A stretch of DNA of 32,000 bases. Origin: an uncultured Chloroflexia bacterium. GTDB lineage: Bacteria > Chloroflexota > Ktedonobacteria > Ktedonobacterales > JADMIN01. Under the pieces are notes generated by a model. It was not told the DNA's origin. It saw nothing but the letters and a program-made list of their open reading frames with translations, and ran no database searches. A program made the translations under genes and the position numbers. This document shows positions 1-8,856 of the stretch, piece after piece. Position 1 is the first letter of the stretch, and the number at the start of each line of letters is the position of its first letter. Location: assembly GCA_963718915.1 (NCBI GenBank), contig CAVRAI010000015.1, positions 420,001 to 452,000 on the forward strand. The letters are read 5' to 3'.

Positions 1-833
1 ACGACGAGTATCGCGCTGGGCGCACGCCAAACCCCTGCCTGCGCTGCAACCGTACGATCCGCTTCACGCTCCTGCTGGAGCGGGCGCTTGCCCTTGGCGC
101 GGACTATCTGGCGACGGGACACTACGTGCGTGTGGATGATGACCCGCTTACGGGCCAGCGACGTCTGCGCCGGGCCAGCGATGTCGCCAAGGATCAGTCG
201 TACGTGCTGCATGTGCTCTCGCAGTATCAACTGAGCCACGCGCTCTTCCCGCTGGGAGAATACACCAAGCCGGAGGTGCGCGCGATGGCGGCGGAGCGTG
301 GCCTGCCGGTGGCGACGAAGGCGGAGAGTCAGGAGATTTGCTTCGTCGCCGCCAACGACTATCGTGGCTTCGTCCGCCGCTATGCCGAGGCAAGCGGCAA
401 GCCTGCGCCTGAGCCTGGGCCGATACTCGATCTCTCAGGGCGACAGCTTGGCGCGCATAGTGGCCTGGCGAATTACACCGTCGGCCAGCGCAAGGGGCTG
501 GGCATCGCCTCACGCGAGCCGCTGCACGTCTTGCAACTGGATAATGCGCGCAATACCGTCGTCGTCGGGCCAGCCGCCGCACTCGAACGCGAGCGCTTCA
601 CCGTTCACCAGACGACATGGACACGCGATACACCGCCCGATGGCCAGGCGCGCGTCGAGGTCAAGGTACGCTACAAGGCGCAGCCAGTGCGTGGCCTCGT
701 CACGCCGGTGTCTGATGGGCGCGCCGAGGTGGCGCTCGATCAGCCGATTCGCGCGGTGACGCCGGGACAGGCCGCCGTCTTCTATGTTGGCGCTGAGGGC
801 GACGAGGTGCTCGGCGGCGGGCTAATCGAGTAG
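1..833 (+). CDS. mnmA: tRNA-specific 2-thiouridylase MnmA, C-terminal part (5' end lies outside the window)
   Basis: The frame opens at nt 3 and reads DEYRAGRTPNPCLRCNRTIRF...GADYLATGHYVR. It continues into KDQSYVL, FPLGEYTKPEVR and SQEICFV, which are the characteristic MnmA/TrmU blocks. Stop codon at 831-833. Confidence 0.9.
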   Translation, partial: DEYRAGRTPNPCLRCNRTIRFTLLLERALALGADYLATGHYVRVDDDPLTGQRRLRRASDVAKDQSYVLHVLSQYQLSHALFPLGEYTKPEVRAMAAERGLPVATKAESQEICFVAANDYRGFVRRYAEASGKPAPEPGPILDLSGRQLGAHSGLANYTVGQRKGLGIASREPLHVLQLDNARNTVVVGPAAALERERFTVHQTTWTRDTPPDGQARVEVKVRYKAQPVRGLVTPVSDGRAEVALDQPIRAVTPGQAAVFYVGAEGDEVLGGGLIE

Positions 834-844
834 TAGGCGGATTC

Positions 845-1315
845 TTAAATCTCCTTGCGCATGTTGATGGCGGTCGGCTTGTATCCCAGGTTCTCATACA
901 GGCGGATCGCCACGCTATTATTGCCGAAGACGTTGAGGTCAATGTGATTGGCGCCGAGTGGCTTCACAGTGGTTTCTAGCGCCAGCATCGCCTCTTTGCT
1001 GTAGCCCTGGCCGCGGTACTGCTCATCGATGCCAATGAAGTAGATGAAGGCCCGCGCCTTCTCGCTCTCGACCAGTACCCAGAGGTCGCCCACGGCGTCG
1101 CCATTTCCCGACACGATTTTCCAGAAATAGTGGCCTTTGCTTGCCATACCGTCGGGTAGCAGCGTGTCGAACTGGTGCGCCGCCGCCTTTCGCCCCTCCT
1201 CCATCGAGATGCTGCTCACATTGGCAACCTCGCGGGCGTAGTCCTCGAAGATAGCGTCCCGCAGACGCTGGTATTCGCTTTCGGTCATCGGTCGAAGGAT
1301 GGTCGTTGTGGTCAC
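845..1315 (-). CDS. GNAT-family N-acetyltransferase
   Basis: 156-aa ORF. The acetyl-CoA binding core reads IGIDEQYRGQGYSKEAMLALE, followed by ...NSVAIRLYENLGYK, typical of the GNAT fold. Convergent with mnmA. Confidence 0.8.
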   Translation of the reverse strand: MTTTTILRPMTESEYQRLRDAIFEDYAREVANVSSISMEEGRKAAAHQFDTLLPDGMASKGHYFWKIVSGNGDAVGDLWVLVESEKARAFIYFIGIDEQYRGQGYSKEAMLALETTVKPLGANHIDLNVFGNNSVAIRLYENLGYKPTAINMRKEI

Positions 1316-1445
1316 GTGCCGCCTGCTCCTACTATTCAGTGATAGGCTGGCCCTTTTCGGATGAAAGCGCCGTCATGCTCCGACTGTAGTGTATCGTTCG
1401 CCTGGTGTCTAGCGCAATACTACACAAGACTAATGTGGAGGGCGC

Positions 1446-1883
1446 ATGCTGCATACATGTCCGATGATTTCCACGCCGAACTGGCAATGGCCTGGTCTTA
1501 TACAGGCGCCGGGAAGCTGGCTTTTGTTGGCGGTGTTGCTAGTCGTTGCCATTGTGTTGGCGCCGCGCGTGGTCTCCGCCGCTAGTTCCTTGCGCACGCG
1601 CATTCCGGTGGCGCTTACCTATGGGCTGGCGGCCATCGCGCTGCTGGCGGCTGTGGTGGTTCTCGCGCTCATCCTGCCAGCGTATCAGGATGCCACCCTG
1701 AAAGAGTTCCTGGGGTTCCAGCCCGGCGCGTCGTCCGCGGCGACCGATTGTGCCCTCGAATTTCTGAACGGCGCACAATTTACCGGCGCCGTATTCACAC
1801 AATTGGCGCTGTTGTTGCTGGCGCTAGCGCTGCTCAGTGGCGCGGTGTGCGTCTGGCTACGCACGCGATGGCGCAAGCAGTAG
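1446..1883 (+). CDS. hypothetical membrane protein (about 3 predicted TM helices)
   Basis: The ORF has long hydrophobic runs (LLLAVLLVVAIVLA, LAAIALLAAVVVLALIL, LALLLLALALLSGAVCVWL). No family recognised and the start codon is uncertain. Confidence 0.4.
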   Translation: MLHTCPMISTPNWQWPGLIQAPGSWLLLAVLLVVAIVLAPRVVSAASSLRTRIPVALTYGLAAIALLAAVVVLALILPAYQDATLKEFLGFQPGASSAATDCALEFLNGAQFTGAVFTQLALLLLALALLSGAVCVWLRTRWRKQ

Positions 1884-1913
1884 CCAGTTCCGCCAAGTAT
1901 GCTCTCCAGGCGT

Positions 1914-1919
1914 TATAAT
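1914..1919 (+). promoter_or_regulatory. candidate -10 hexamer (TATAAT) upstream of lepA
   Basis: Perfect TATAAT lies about 95 nt upstream of the lepA ATG. No convincing -35 element at 17-nt spacing. Confidence 0.3.
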
Positions 1920-2012
1920 GGCGTAGGCTCTCTCAGCAGGGTCAGCAACGACGAGCGCGCCGGTTGTGTCGGGACTGCCCCGCCCGGCAATCCGGTCAGG
2001 AAAAAGAAACGC

Positions 2013-3818
2013 ATGGATCAGAGCCACATTCGCAATTTCTGTATCATCGCCCATATCGACCACGGCAAGTCCACCCTTGCGGATCGGCTGCTGGAATTCA
2101 CGGGCACGATCTCGCGCCGTGATATGTCCGAGCAGGTGCTCGACCAGATGGACCTCGAGCGCGAGAAGGGCATTACCATCAAGGCGCAGGCCGTGCGCAT
2201 GACGTACACTGCGAAAGATGGTCAGGAATACGAGCTGAACCTGATCGACACTCCCGGACACGTCGACTTCACGTATGAGGTCTCGCGCAGTCTGGCGGCG
2301 TGTGAGGGCGCGATTCTGGTGGTGGACGCCTCGCAGGGCATCGAGGCGCAGACGCTGGCCAATCTCTATCTCGCGCTTGAGGCCAACCTCGAGCTCATCC
2401 CCGTCATCAACAAGATTGACCTACCCAGCGCCGAGCCGGAAAAGGTCACCAAAGAGATCGAGGATGTCATTGGCCTGCCGGGCGAAGAGGTGGTGCTGGC
2501 GTCGGCCAAAGAGGGCATCGGCACGCAAGATATCCTCGAAGCGGTGGTCCAGCGTGTCCCTCCGCCGCATGGCGCGGATGACAAGCCGCTACGGGCGCTC
2601 GTCTTCGACTCCAAGTACGACGCCTATAAGGGGGTTATCGCCTATATTCGCGTGGTAGATGGCAGGATTACCCCCTCGGACCGCCTGCTGATGATGCAGA
2701 CGCATAGCTCCGCCGAGGTGCTGGAGGTGGGCTACTTCAGCCCGAACCTCGTCGCCTTGAAGTCGCTCTCCGCCGGGGAGGTTGGCTACGTCGCGACGGG
2801 CTTCAAGAACGTGAAGGACTGCCAGGTCGGCGATACGGTCACGCTGGCGACGCGGCCCGCCACCGAGGCGCTGGCTGGCTATCGGCCCGCCAAACCAATG
2901 GTCTTCGCGGGACTTTTCCCAGTGGATGGCGACGACTATCCGCTGCTGCGTGACGCGCTGGAGCGGCTGCGCCTTAACGACGCCTCGCTCGTCTTCGAGC
3001 CGGAAAACTCGGTTGCACTGGGTTTTGGCTTCCGCTGTGGCTTTCTGGGGCTGCTCCACATGGAGATCATCCAGGAGCGGCTGGAGCGCGAATACAACCT
3101 CAATCTGCTGGCGACGGCGCCGAGCGTGGAGTATGTCATCACGCGCACAAACGACGAGGTGGTCACAGTTCATAACCCGGCGGAGCTACCCGCGCCGACC
3201 GAAATCGCGCGGATCGAGGAGCCACTGATGGACATCTCGATCTTTACGCCAGCCCGCTATATCGGCACGCTGATGGACCTGGTGCAGACGCGCCACGGCG
3301 TCTTCAAGGATATGAAGTATATCGAAGAAGACCGCGTCCACCTCACCTATCTGATCCCGCTCAGCGACCTCATCATCGACTTCTACGATCAACTGAAGTC
3401 GCGGACGCAGGGCTACGCCTCGCTCGATTACACCTTCGCGCGTTATGAGGCCGCCGATCTTGTCAAGCTGGATATTCTGGTGAATGGTCAGCCGGTGGAT
3501 GCGCTCTCGCTCATCACTCACAAGGACGAGGCGAATGGCCGGGGGCGCGTGCTGGTGGAGCGGCTGAAAGACCTGATTCCGCGCCAGCTCTTCGAGGTGC
3601 CGATTCAGGCGGCGGTGGGCAGCAAGATCATCGCCCGCGAGACGGTGAAGGCGCTGCGTAAGAACGTGCTGGCGAAGTGCTACGGCGGCGATATCACCCG
3701 CAAGCGCAAGCTGCTGGAGAAGCAGAAAGAGGGCAAGAAGCGCATGAAGCGGGTGGGCAACGTCGAGATTCCGCAGGAGGCATTCATGGCGGTGCTCACG
3801 CTCAACGAGGATATGTGA
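2013..3818 (+). CDS. lepA: elongation factor 4 (LepA), translational GTPase
   Basis: [27 protein letters not shown] (G1), DTPGHVDF (G3), NKIDL (G4). The LepA-specific C-terminus reads ...[26 protein letters not shown] chose the ATG at 2013 (AGGAAAAAG upstream); the 1899 start in the ORF track adds 38 non-homologous residues. Confidence 0.95.
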   Translation: MDQSHIRNFCIIAHIDHGKSTLADRLLEFTGTISRRDMSEQVLDQMDLEREKGITIKAQAVRMTYTAKDGQEYELNLIDTPGHVDFTYEVSRSLAACEGAILVVDASQGIEAQTLANLYLALEANLELIPVINKIDLPSAEPEKVTKEIEDVIGLPGEEVVLASAKEGIGTQDILEAVVQRVPPPHGADDKPLRALVFDSKYDAYKGVIAYIRVVDGRITPSDRLLMMQTHSSAEVLEVGYFSPNLVALKSLSAGEVGYVATGFKNVKDCQVGDTVTLATRPATEALAGYRPAKPMVFAGLFPVDGDDYPLLRDALERLRLNDASLVFEPENSVALGFGFRCGFLGLLHMEIIQERLEREYNLNLLATAPSVEYVITRTNDEVVTVHNPAELPAPTEIARIEEPLMDISIFTPARYIGTLMDLVQTRHGVFKDMKYIEEDRVHLTYLIPLSDLIIDFYDQLKSRTQGYASLDYTFARYEAADLVKLDILVNGQPVDALSLITHKDEANGRGRVLVERLKDLIPRQLFEVPIQAAVGSKIIARETVKALRKNVLAKCYGGDITRKRKLLEKQKEGKKRMKRVGNVEIPQEAFMAVLTLNEDM

Positions 3819-3862
3819 GAGCGGCCCCAGGCGCAGGGGGACTTGTATCCTGGACACACAAC

Positions 3863-3888
3863 GAGGACTGACCTTGCGATCAGTCCTC
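3863..3888 (+). terminator. hairpin downstream of lepA (9-bp stem GAGGACTGA/TCAGTCCTC, 8-nt loop)
   Basis: Perfect inverted repeat 45 nt after the lepA stop. No U-tract follows (GATATATCAAGC), so terminator function is uncertain. Confidence 0.35.
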
Positions 3889-4112
3889 GATATATCAAGC
3901 GGCGCTGGTGCATTGGCAAGCGTAATGACGCAAACTGCTTTCCGCATACAGCGCCACTTTACGGATCTACTGGTTAGCCTGCGAGCAACCCGCGAAGCAC
4001 TGTCGCAACTCCACGCCCGGCTGTACTAGTGTAACTAACGTTACCCGGGCCTGCATGGGATTTGAATCAGACCTCAGTAGACCCTGCATGCCCGCCCAGT
4101 GGACGGGCGATC

Positions 4113-4169
4113 TTAGTCAACTTGATACACCATATACAGCACACGAATCGGCTTCTTCATGGGGAACAT
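4113..4169 (-). CDS. candidate 18-codon small ORF (MFPMKKPIRVLYMVYQVD)
   Basis: AAGGAGA ends 7 nt before the ATG. Two hairpins lie downstream on the same strand. No homology recognised, and it is too short for codon statistics. Confidence 0.25.
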   Translation of the reverse strand: MFPMKKPIRVLYMVYQVD

Positions 4170-4467
4170 AGTTCAGTCTCCTTCCCTAGTTCCTCAAGCC
4201 ACTGGATTGAAGTTGGTGTCTTCAATCACCCCTCTCGGAGGTACTTCTGGTATAACATTTCGCCATGCCTATGTCAAGTCTTAGACAAGACGGGATCGCC
4301 CCTTATGGCGTGCGCTGAGAGCGGGAACCGAGCTACGACGAGGCGGCATAAACCCTGATATTATCAGCATTTTGCGCCGATGTGTCCATCCACAAAACAC
4401 CGCTATGCACCGCGATGTTTCTCTCCGTCCGTGCTAACTGTGAGGCGAGTGTGACCGTGCGCAAACG

Positions 4468-4890
4468 CTAGGTCATTTTGTCGCCATCGTCTTTTTGCCG
4501 CTTGCGGAGCGGGATCTCGCGCAGGAAAAGGGTGGCGGCGAATCCCACCGCAATCAGCAGTGTGGCGATGAGGAAGCAGCGCGTGACGGCATCGGCCAGG
4601 CTGACCTGAATCGTTGCCATCAGTTGCCGGTAGAGCGCCTCGCCCGCTGGTCCATACGCCGCGAATCCCTGGTGGATGCGCGCCACAGCGCCGGACGAGA
4701 GCAGCAGTTGTGGGTGCTCGAATTGCGCAAGCTGCCCCAGTGGGATCGTCGCTTTCAGCGCCACTGGCAGATGCTGCTGGAACTGCTCTACGAAACGGCT
4801 GGTCATGAACGAGCCAAGAATCGCCAGCCCAATTGTTCCGCCGATCTCGCGGAAGAATGAGGTCGCCGCGGTCACCTGCCCGATGCGCGA
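4468..4890 (-). pseudogene. C-terminal remnant of a DHA2-type (EmrB/QacA-like) MFS transporter
   Basis: The translation reads ...SRIGQVTAATSFFREIGGTIGLAILGSFM..., then a long loop, a final TM (CFLIATLLIAVGFAATLFL) and REIPLRKR. This looks like the last ~140 residues of a 14-TM MFS protein. The in-frame sequence upstream is P/H-rich and not membrane-like, it has no ATG/GTG/TTG start, and the preceding ~12 TMs are absent. Confidence 0.6.
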
Positions 4891-5063
4891 GGGCGGGTGA
4901 GGCGATACAGAAGCAATGCAGAGGCGATGCGGGAGAAATGTGCTAGAGTGCAGGGGTATAATGTACGCGCGTTGCCCAGACGCTGCGGTGTGTTGTGGCG
5001 CGCGTCACACGCGCCACAGAAGATGGTTCCTGTCGTCCAGTGTATCGCAGAGATGGTCGAGGA

Positions 5064-5840
5064 ATGGATATCGAGGACATCAAACGCCGCGTTCTCACAC
5101 AGCGGATGCATCGCTATCCTGATGTTGGGCCAGACCTGGCAGGCGCGGGCGCGGCTCGTTTCCGCCAGGAGACTGGCCGCCTGCGGGTCGCCTTCGCCAG
5201 CATTCGTCCGGGGCGCGAGGCCATTGCCATCGACCAGGTGCAGCGGTTTGCCCACCAGCGCGGCATCGAGACGCAGTGGATTGTGGTGCCGGAGCGCGTG
5301 GGCGAGGGGCAGCTGCCACAGGCATTACACACAGCCGGTTTCCGCCTTGACGAAAATCTCCAGCTGATGGCGCATGAGGGATTTGTTTCTGCGCCGCATA
5401 ATCCGATGGTGACCATTTCGATCATCGAGACACAGCAGGCGATGTGGCAATACGAGTATGGCAGCCGCCAGGCGTTCTTCGAGGAAGAATATCCCGCCGA
5501 GGCGGCGGTCAGTCAGCGGGCCCGCGAGCGCTGGCGCGAACACGAGCATGGCTGGTGCCGCTATTACGCCGCCGCGATTCAGGGGCGAGCCGTCGGCGGT
5601 TGTTACGTGAGCCTGTTTGAGGAGATTCCAACCATCCTTGGCGTCTACACCGTCGCGGAGGCCCGGCGGCATGGCGTGGCGACGGCACTGCTCGAACGCG
5701 CTATCGCCGATCTGGCGCACAATGGTCGCTGGTTATCCTGCCTTTTCGTCAAACATGGCAATCCGGCGGAATCGCTTTATCGCCAGCTTGGATTCGCGCC
5801 ACTGATGGACGAACAGACGTGGGTCTGGAATCCGTGGTAG
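5064..5840 (+). CDS. GNAT-family acetyltransferase (two-lobed, about 258 aa)
   Basis: C-terminal GNAT core: VGGCYVSLFEEIPTILGVYTVAEARRHGVATALLERAI...NPAESLYRQLGF. I chose the ATG at 5064 (GAGGA just upstream) over the longer ORF-track start at 4995. Confidence 0.7.
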   Translation: MDIEDIKRRVLTQRMHRYPDVGPDLAGAGAARFRQETGRLRVAFASIRPGREAIAIDQVQRFAHQRGIETQWIVVPERVGEGQLPQALHTAGFRLDENLQLMAHEGFVSAPHNPMVTISIIETQQAMWQYEYGSRQAFFEEEYPAEAAVSQRARERWREHEHGWCRYYAAAIQGRAVGGCYVSLFEEIPTILGVYTVAEARRHGVATALLERAIADLAHNGRWLSCLFVKHGNPAESLYRQLGFAPLMDEQTWVWNPW

Positions 5841-5874
5841 AACGAGCCGATTTCGCCAGGAATAGAGGGATCAT

Positions 5875-6603
5875 GTGAGTTTTTCCCCGCAGAGTGACAT
5901 GCCTGATATATCTGAGAAATCCAATGCGCCTGATACGGTGTATGCTCCCAGCGGTTTGCGGCTAGTGAGCCTTCTGCTGCGCGGAGACAGACGCAGGCGA
6001 GTGGTGACGGCACTGCGCTCTGGTGACCTGCGTACCATCTCCCAAACCGACCTGCTGGCGCCCGCGCGGCTGCCGGGCCTTGCTCGTGATAGCCTGACGC
6101 TGCTGGTCGCGGGCGGCGCGCTCTTCGCCATCGTGAATATCGTTGCCTGGGATTTACACGGCGTCACCTCACTCCCGGGGCCAGATTCGACCTTCGTGCG
6201 GCTCTTCCTGCTGGTGGTCGCCAATATCGTCGCCTACTCCATCATGCTGCCGCTGCATGAGGCGATTCACGCCGCGACAATCCTGCTGCTGGGCGGGCGT
6301 CCGCGCTTCGGGCTGCGGCTGCCATTTGCGGCGTATTGCACCGCGCCGGGTCAGGTATTTACGCGCCTGGGCTACATGGCGGTTGCGCTGGCTCCGCTCG
6401 TGGCGCTCACCGCTGTTGGCGTCGTCATCACGGCGCTCTGGCCGCAGTGGGCGACGTGGCTCTGGTTTGGCTTCGCGGGCAATATCTCTGGCGCTGTTGG
6501 CGATCTGGCGACGGCTTCGGAGGTGCGTCGTCTGCCGTCGAGCGCGCTCATCGCGGATGATGAGACCGGCTACACCGCCTATATGGTTGGTGATGCGGGA
6601 TAG
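5875..6603 (+). CDS. DUF3267-like putative membrane zincin peptidase (HExxH)
   Basis: HEAIH motif in ...SIMLPLHEAIHAATILLLGGRPRFG..., followed by several TM helices. This is the layout I associate with DUF3267. GTG start with GAGGGA 4-5 nt upstream. Confidence 0.6.
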   Translation: MSFSPQSDMPDISEKSNAPDTVYAPSGLRLVSLLLRGDRRRRVVTALRSGDLRTISQTDLLAPARLPGLARDSLTLLVAGGALFAIVNIVAWDLHGVTSLPGPDSTFVRLFLLVVANIVAYSIMLPLHEAIHAATILLLGGRPRFGLRLPFAAYCTAPGQVFTRLGYMAVALAPLVALTAVGVVITALWPQWATWLWFGFAGNISGAVGDLATASEVRRLPSSALIADDETGYTAYMVGDAG

Positions 6604-6883
6604 TCCCTCTGTTTGTTTCGCCTCGATGCGCGGTAACACCTGTGTTGCGAGCATATACCTCTCCCTGGGGCTAGGTGTAAGACTAGCCCTGTAAACTCCC
6701 CTCCAGATGGCGTAACCATCAGGACTCTTGTGCCTTCTTACGTAAGCGTTGCACCGTTGCCCCGTCGGATATGCCCTGCGGTAGCACAAGCGAGTGTGGC
6801 GCTCGATACGGTTGTGCACGGTCGGTTCGTGGTTGCGCATGAGGCGTAAGGATACGGACAACCAACGAGAAAGAGGCGTAAGG

Positions 6884-7072
6884 ATGAGAGCTGTGTGGTT
6901 TGTGCCCGATGAGCCGGAAGAATACCCAGTGGATCCTCAGGCTGCTTATGCTGATCCTGAGAAGGAGGATGCCACGGTTCGTGAGGATAGGCCCATTGTG
7001 CGCCACCCAGCGTTTGCGGCCATGGATGAGGACGACGACTTTTGGGAGATCCCCACACGCCTTGCGCCCTAG
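6884..7072 (+). CDS. hypothetical small acidic protein (62 aa)
   Basis: ATG preceded by AGAGGCGTAAGG. D/E/P-rich product (MRAVWFVPDEPEEYPVDPQ...). No family recognised. Confidence 0.35.
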   Translation: MRAVWFVPDEPEEYPVDPQAAYADPEKEDATVREDRPIVRHPAFAAMDEDDDFWEIPTRLAP

Positions 7073-7138
7073 CCACCCAGCAGTCATGGCATTATCGCCT
7101 GTTCAGCGATTGCCTGTCGATATAAGGAGCATCATGCG

Positions 7139-7441
7139 ATGGCGAATACCGAGCACAGGGAGTTGACGATTCCGCTCGCCATCCGGATAACACCGGTACA
7201 AACCAGAGGTTATGAGGGATGGTGGCATCCGACCGCCGCAGTCAGGGCGGATCCCATCATCAGACAATATGTGACGGCGGCGCGTCGCGACGGGTGGGAG
7301 CCAGACGGGCCAACCAGCTTCCTTGTGCTTGCTTCTCACGACAGGGTGCGATACACCGCCAGGTATGGGGCGATCAGTACCGAGTGGAAGTATACCGACT
7401 TCACCAGCGTCACGATTACCATGCATCGCGACGTACCATGA
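7139..7441 (+). CDS. hypothetical protein (100 aa)
   Basis: AAGGAG at 7124-7129, 9 nt before the ATG. Compact ORF that does not overlap its neighbours. No family recognised. Confidence 0.5.
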   Translation: MANTEHRELTIPLAIRITPVQTRGYEGWWHPTAAVRADPIIRQYVTAARRDGWEPDGPTSFLVLASHDRVRYTARYGAISTEWKYTDFTSVTITMHRDVP

Positions 7442-7458
7442 CGTTGGGCCTCTAGCAG

Positions 7459-8256
7459 TTATTTCAGCAGGTAGCCCACCATCTCCTTGTAGAACTTGGC
7501 TGCGACTGCGGCCGTCATGTCGGCGTGGTCGCGGATGGGGTTGTATTCCACGATGTCGGCGCCGATGATCGTTCCCTCGATGTCCGCGAGCAACCGCAGC
7601 ACATCGCGCACGCTGAGGCCGCCCGGCTCGTGATGTGAGACGCCCGGCGCAAATGCTGGGTCGAGCGCGTCCAAATCGAGCGAGATGTAGATTGGCCCGC
7701 TCAGGTTGAGCGCAAGGTCGGTTCGGAACGCGCGCATCTCGATCACCTCAACGCCGAAGCGCTCCGCCTGCTGTCGCTGATGAGCGTTCATCGCGCGGAT
7801 GCCCACCTGTACCAGCCGTGTCGCCAGCCCATTTTCCATGATGCGCGCGAAGGGGCAGGCGTGCGACCGGCGACTGCCCTCGAACTCGTCGTAGAGGTCG
7901 GGATGGGCGTCGATATGTAGAATTGTCAGCCTGGGGTGGACACCCGCGACGGCGCGCATGATGGGATAGGTGACGGAATGGTCGCCGCCCAGCGCCAGCA
8001 CGCGCGTACCGGTGGCAAGCAACTCTACCATCTGCCGTTCGATATCGACAAACGCCGCGTCGCCCGTGCCTATCTCAAGATTGCCGATGTCGCGCCAGTC
8101 AGTGCGCGCGCCGAGGTCAACCCTATCTTCCGTCGTCAGATTCATCGCGCCAGCAAGCAGCACAGTGCGTATGCGCGCCGGGGCAAGGGCCGGTCCGCGC
8201 AGGAAGGAAGAGTTCTCATCGAGCGGCACGCCAACGACGGTAACACGATGCTCCAT
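7459..8256 (-). CDS. arginase-family ureohydrolase (agmatinase / formimidoylglutamase-like)
   Basis: Mn-binding blocks GGDHSVTYP, ILHIDAHPDLYD and SLDLDALDPAFAPGV. It is the last gene of a same-strand run headed by hutU. Confidence 0.85.
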   Translation of the reverse strand: MEHRVTVVGVPLDENSSFLRGPALAPARIRTVLLAGAMNLTTEDRVDLGARTDWRDIGNLEIGTGDAAFVDIERQMVELLATGTRVLALGGDHSVTYPIMRAVAGVHPRLTILHIDAHPDLYDEFEGSRRSHACPFARIMENGLATRLVQVGIRAMNAHQRQQAERFGVEVIEMRAFRTDLALNLSGPIYISLDLDALDPAFAPGVSHHEPGGLSVRDVLRLLADIEGTIIGADIVEYNPIRDHADMTAAVAAKFYKEMVGYLLK

Positions 8257-8284
8257 GATCCGAACCTCTCTATGTTGGCCAATT

Positions 8285-8803
8285 TCACGGCGCGGGCTGG
8301 ATAAGCTGATTGCAGGCGGCGTTGAAGTCGCTGGCGCTGCCGTGTTGCAGCGTCAAGAGTAGGAAGGCAGGCTCGCCCGCGCTCAGGGTCAACTGTCCCT
8401 GGCTGATGGTCCCCTGGACGGCTAGCGTCGCGGGCATGACGGTCTCATCTCTCTCGCGAGTGTACAATGTCAGATTGGCGGTTGAGCCGGAGAGGTTGCC
8501 GGTAACGCTCACCAGAATGCGCGTCAGCGTATTGCCTGTCGCGGCGCAAATGCTCCCCGTGCCGCTGATATTGCCAAGCGGATTTTGCTCCAGCGTGAGC
8601 GAGACGACGACCGCGTTCGGGCTGTCCGACCCCTGCGCGTTGCCCGGCCCGACCCACTCGCCCGCATAGGATGGGCGCGTGAAGAGAAAGACGCCCGTGG
8701 CTGCCGCCAGCACGACCGTGATCGCCGCCAGAATCAGCAAGGCGCGGACGGCGATCCGCCGCGCCCGGTCAGGCGCGCCTGCGTTAGATGATGCGCCGCT
8801 CAT
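8285..8803 (-). CDS. hypothetical N-terminally membrane-anchored protein
   Basis: A single TM (ALLILAAITVVLAAATGVFLF) is followed by a ~125-aa S/T/G-rich domain. It lies between hutU and the ureohydrolase. Confidence 0.5.
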   Translation of the reverse strand: MSGASSNAGAPDRARRIAVRALLILAAITVVLAAATGVFLFTRPSYAGEWVGPGNAQGSDSPNAVVVSLTLEQNPLGNISGTGSICAATGNTLTRILVSVTGNLSGSTANLTLYTRERDETVMPATLAVQGTISQGQLTLSAGEPAFLLLTLQHGSASDFNAACNQLIQPAP

Positions 8804-8819
8804 GGCATTCTCTCTGGTT

Positions 8820-8842
8820 CCCCTCTCCTCGCGGGAGAGGGG
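8820..8842. repeat. GC hairpin CCCCTCTCC-TCGCG-GGAGAGGGG
   Basis: Perfect 9-bp inverted repeat in the 53-nt gap between the hutU stop and the next gene's start. No U-tract on the minus strand. Confidence 0.5.
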
Positions 8843-8856
8843 TTAGGGGGTGAGGT

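Noticed and set aside
3186-3947. 253-aa ORF antisense to lepA
   Set aside because: It lies almost wholly inside the well-supported lepA CDS. The Arg/Leu/His-rich composition is typical of antisense frames in GC-rich DNA, and no motif or SD is present.
4040-4080. tRNA-like T-arm string (GGGATTTGAATC)
   Set aside because: No complementary T-stem, acceptor stem or anticodon arm could be built on either strand.
4062-4358. 98-aa plus-strand ORF in the AT-richer spacer
   Set aside because: It has a non-ATG start, no SD and a Ser/His-rich product with no recognisable fold. It also overlaps the SD-led small ORF on the other strand.
6143-6861. Overlapping 183-aa (+) and 230-aa (-) ORFs across the DUF3267-like gene and its downstream spacer
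   Set aside because: Both are Arg-rich and low-complexity. They overlap a better-supported membrane-protein frame and have no SD.
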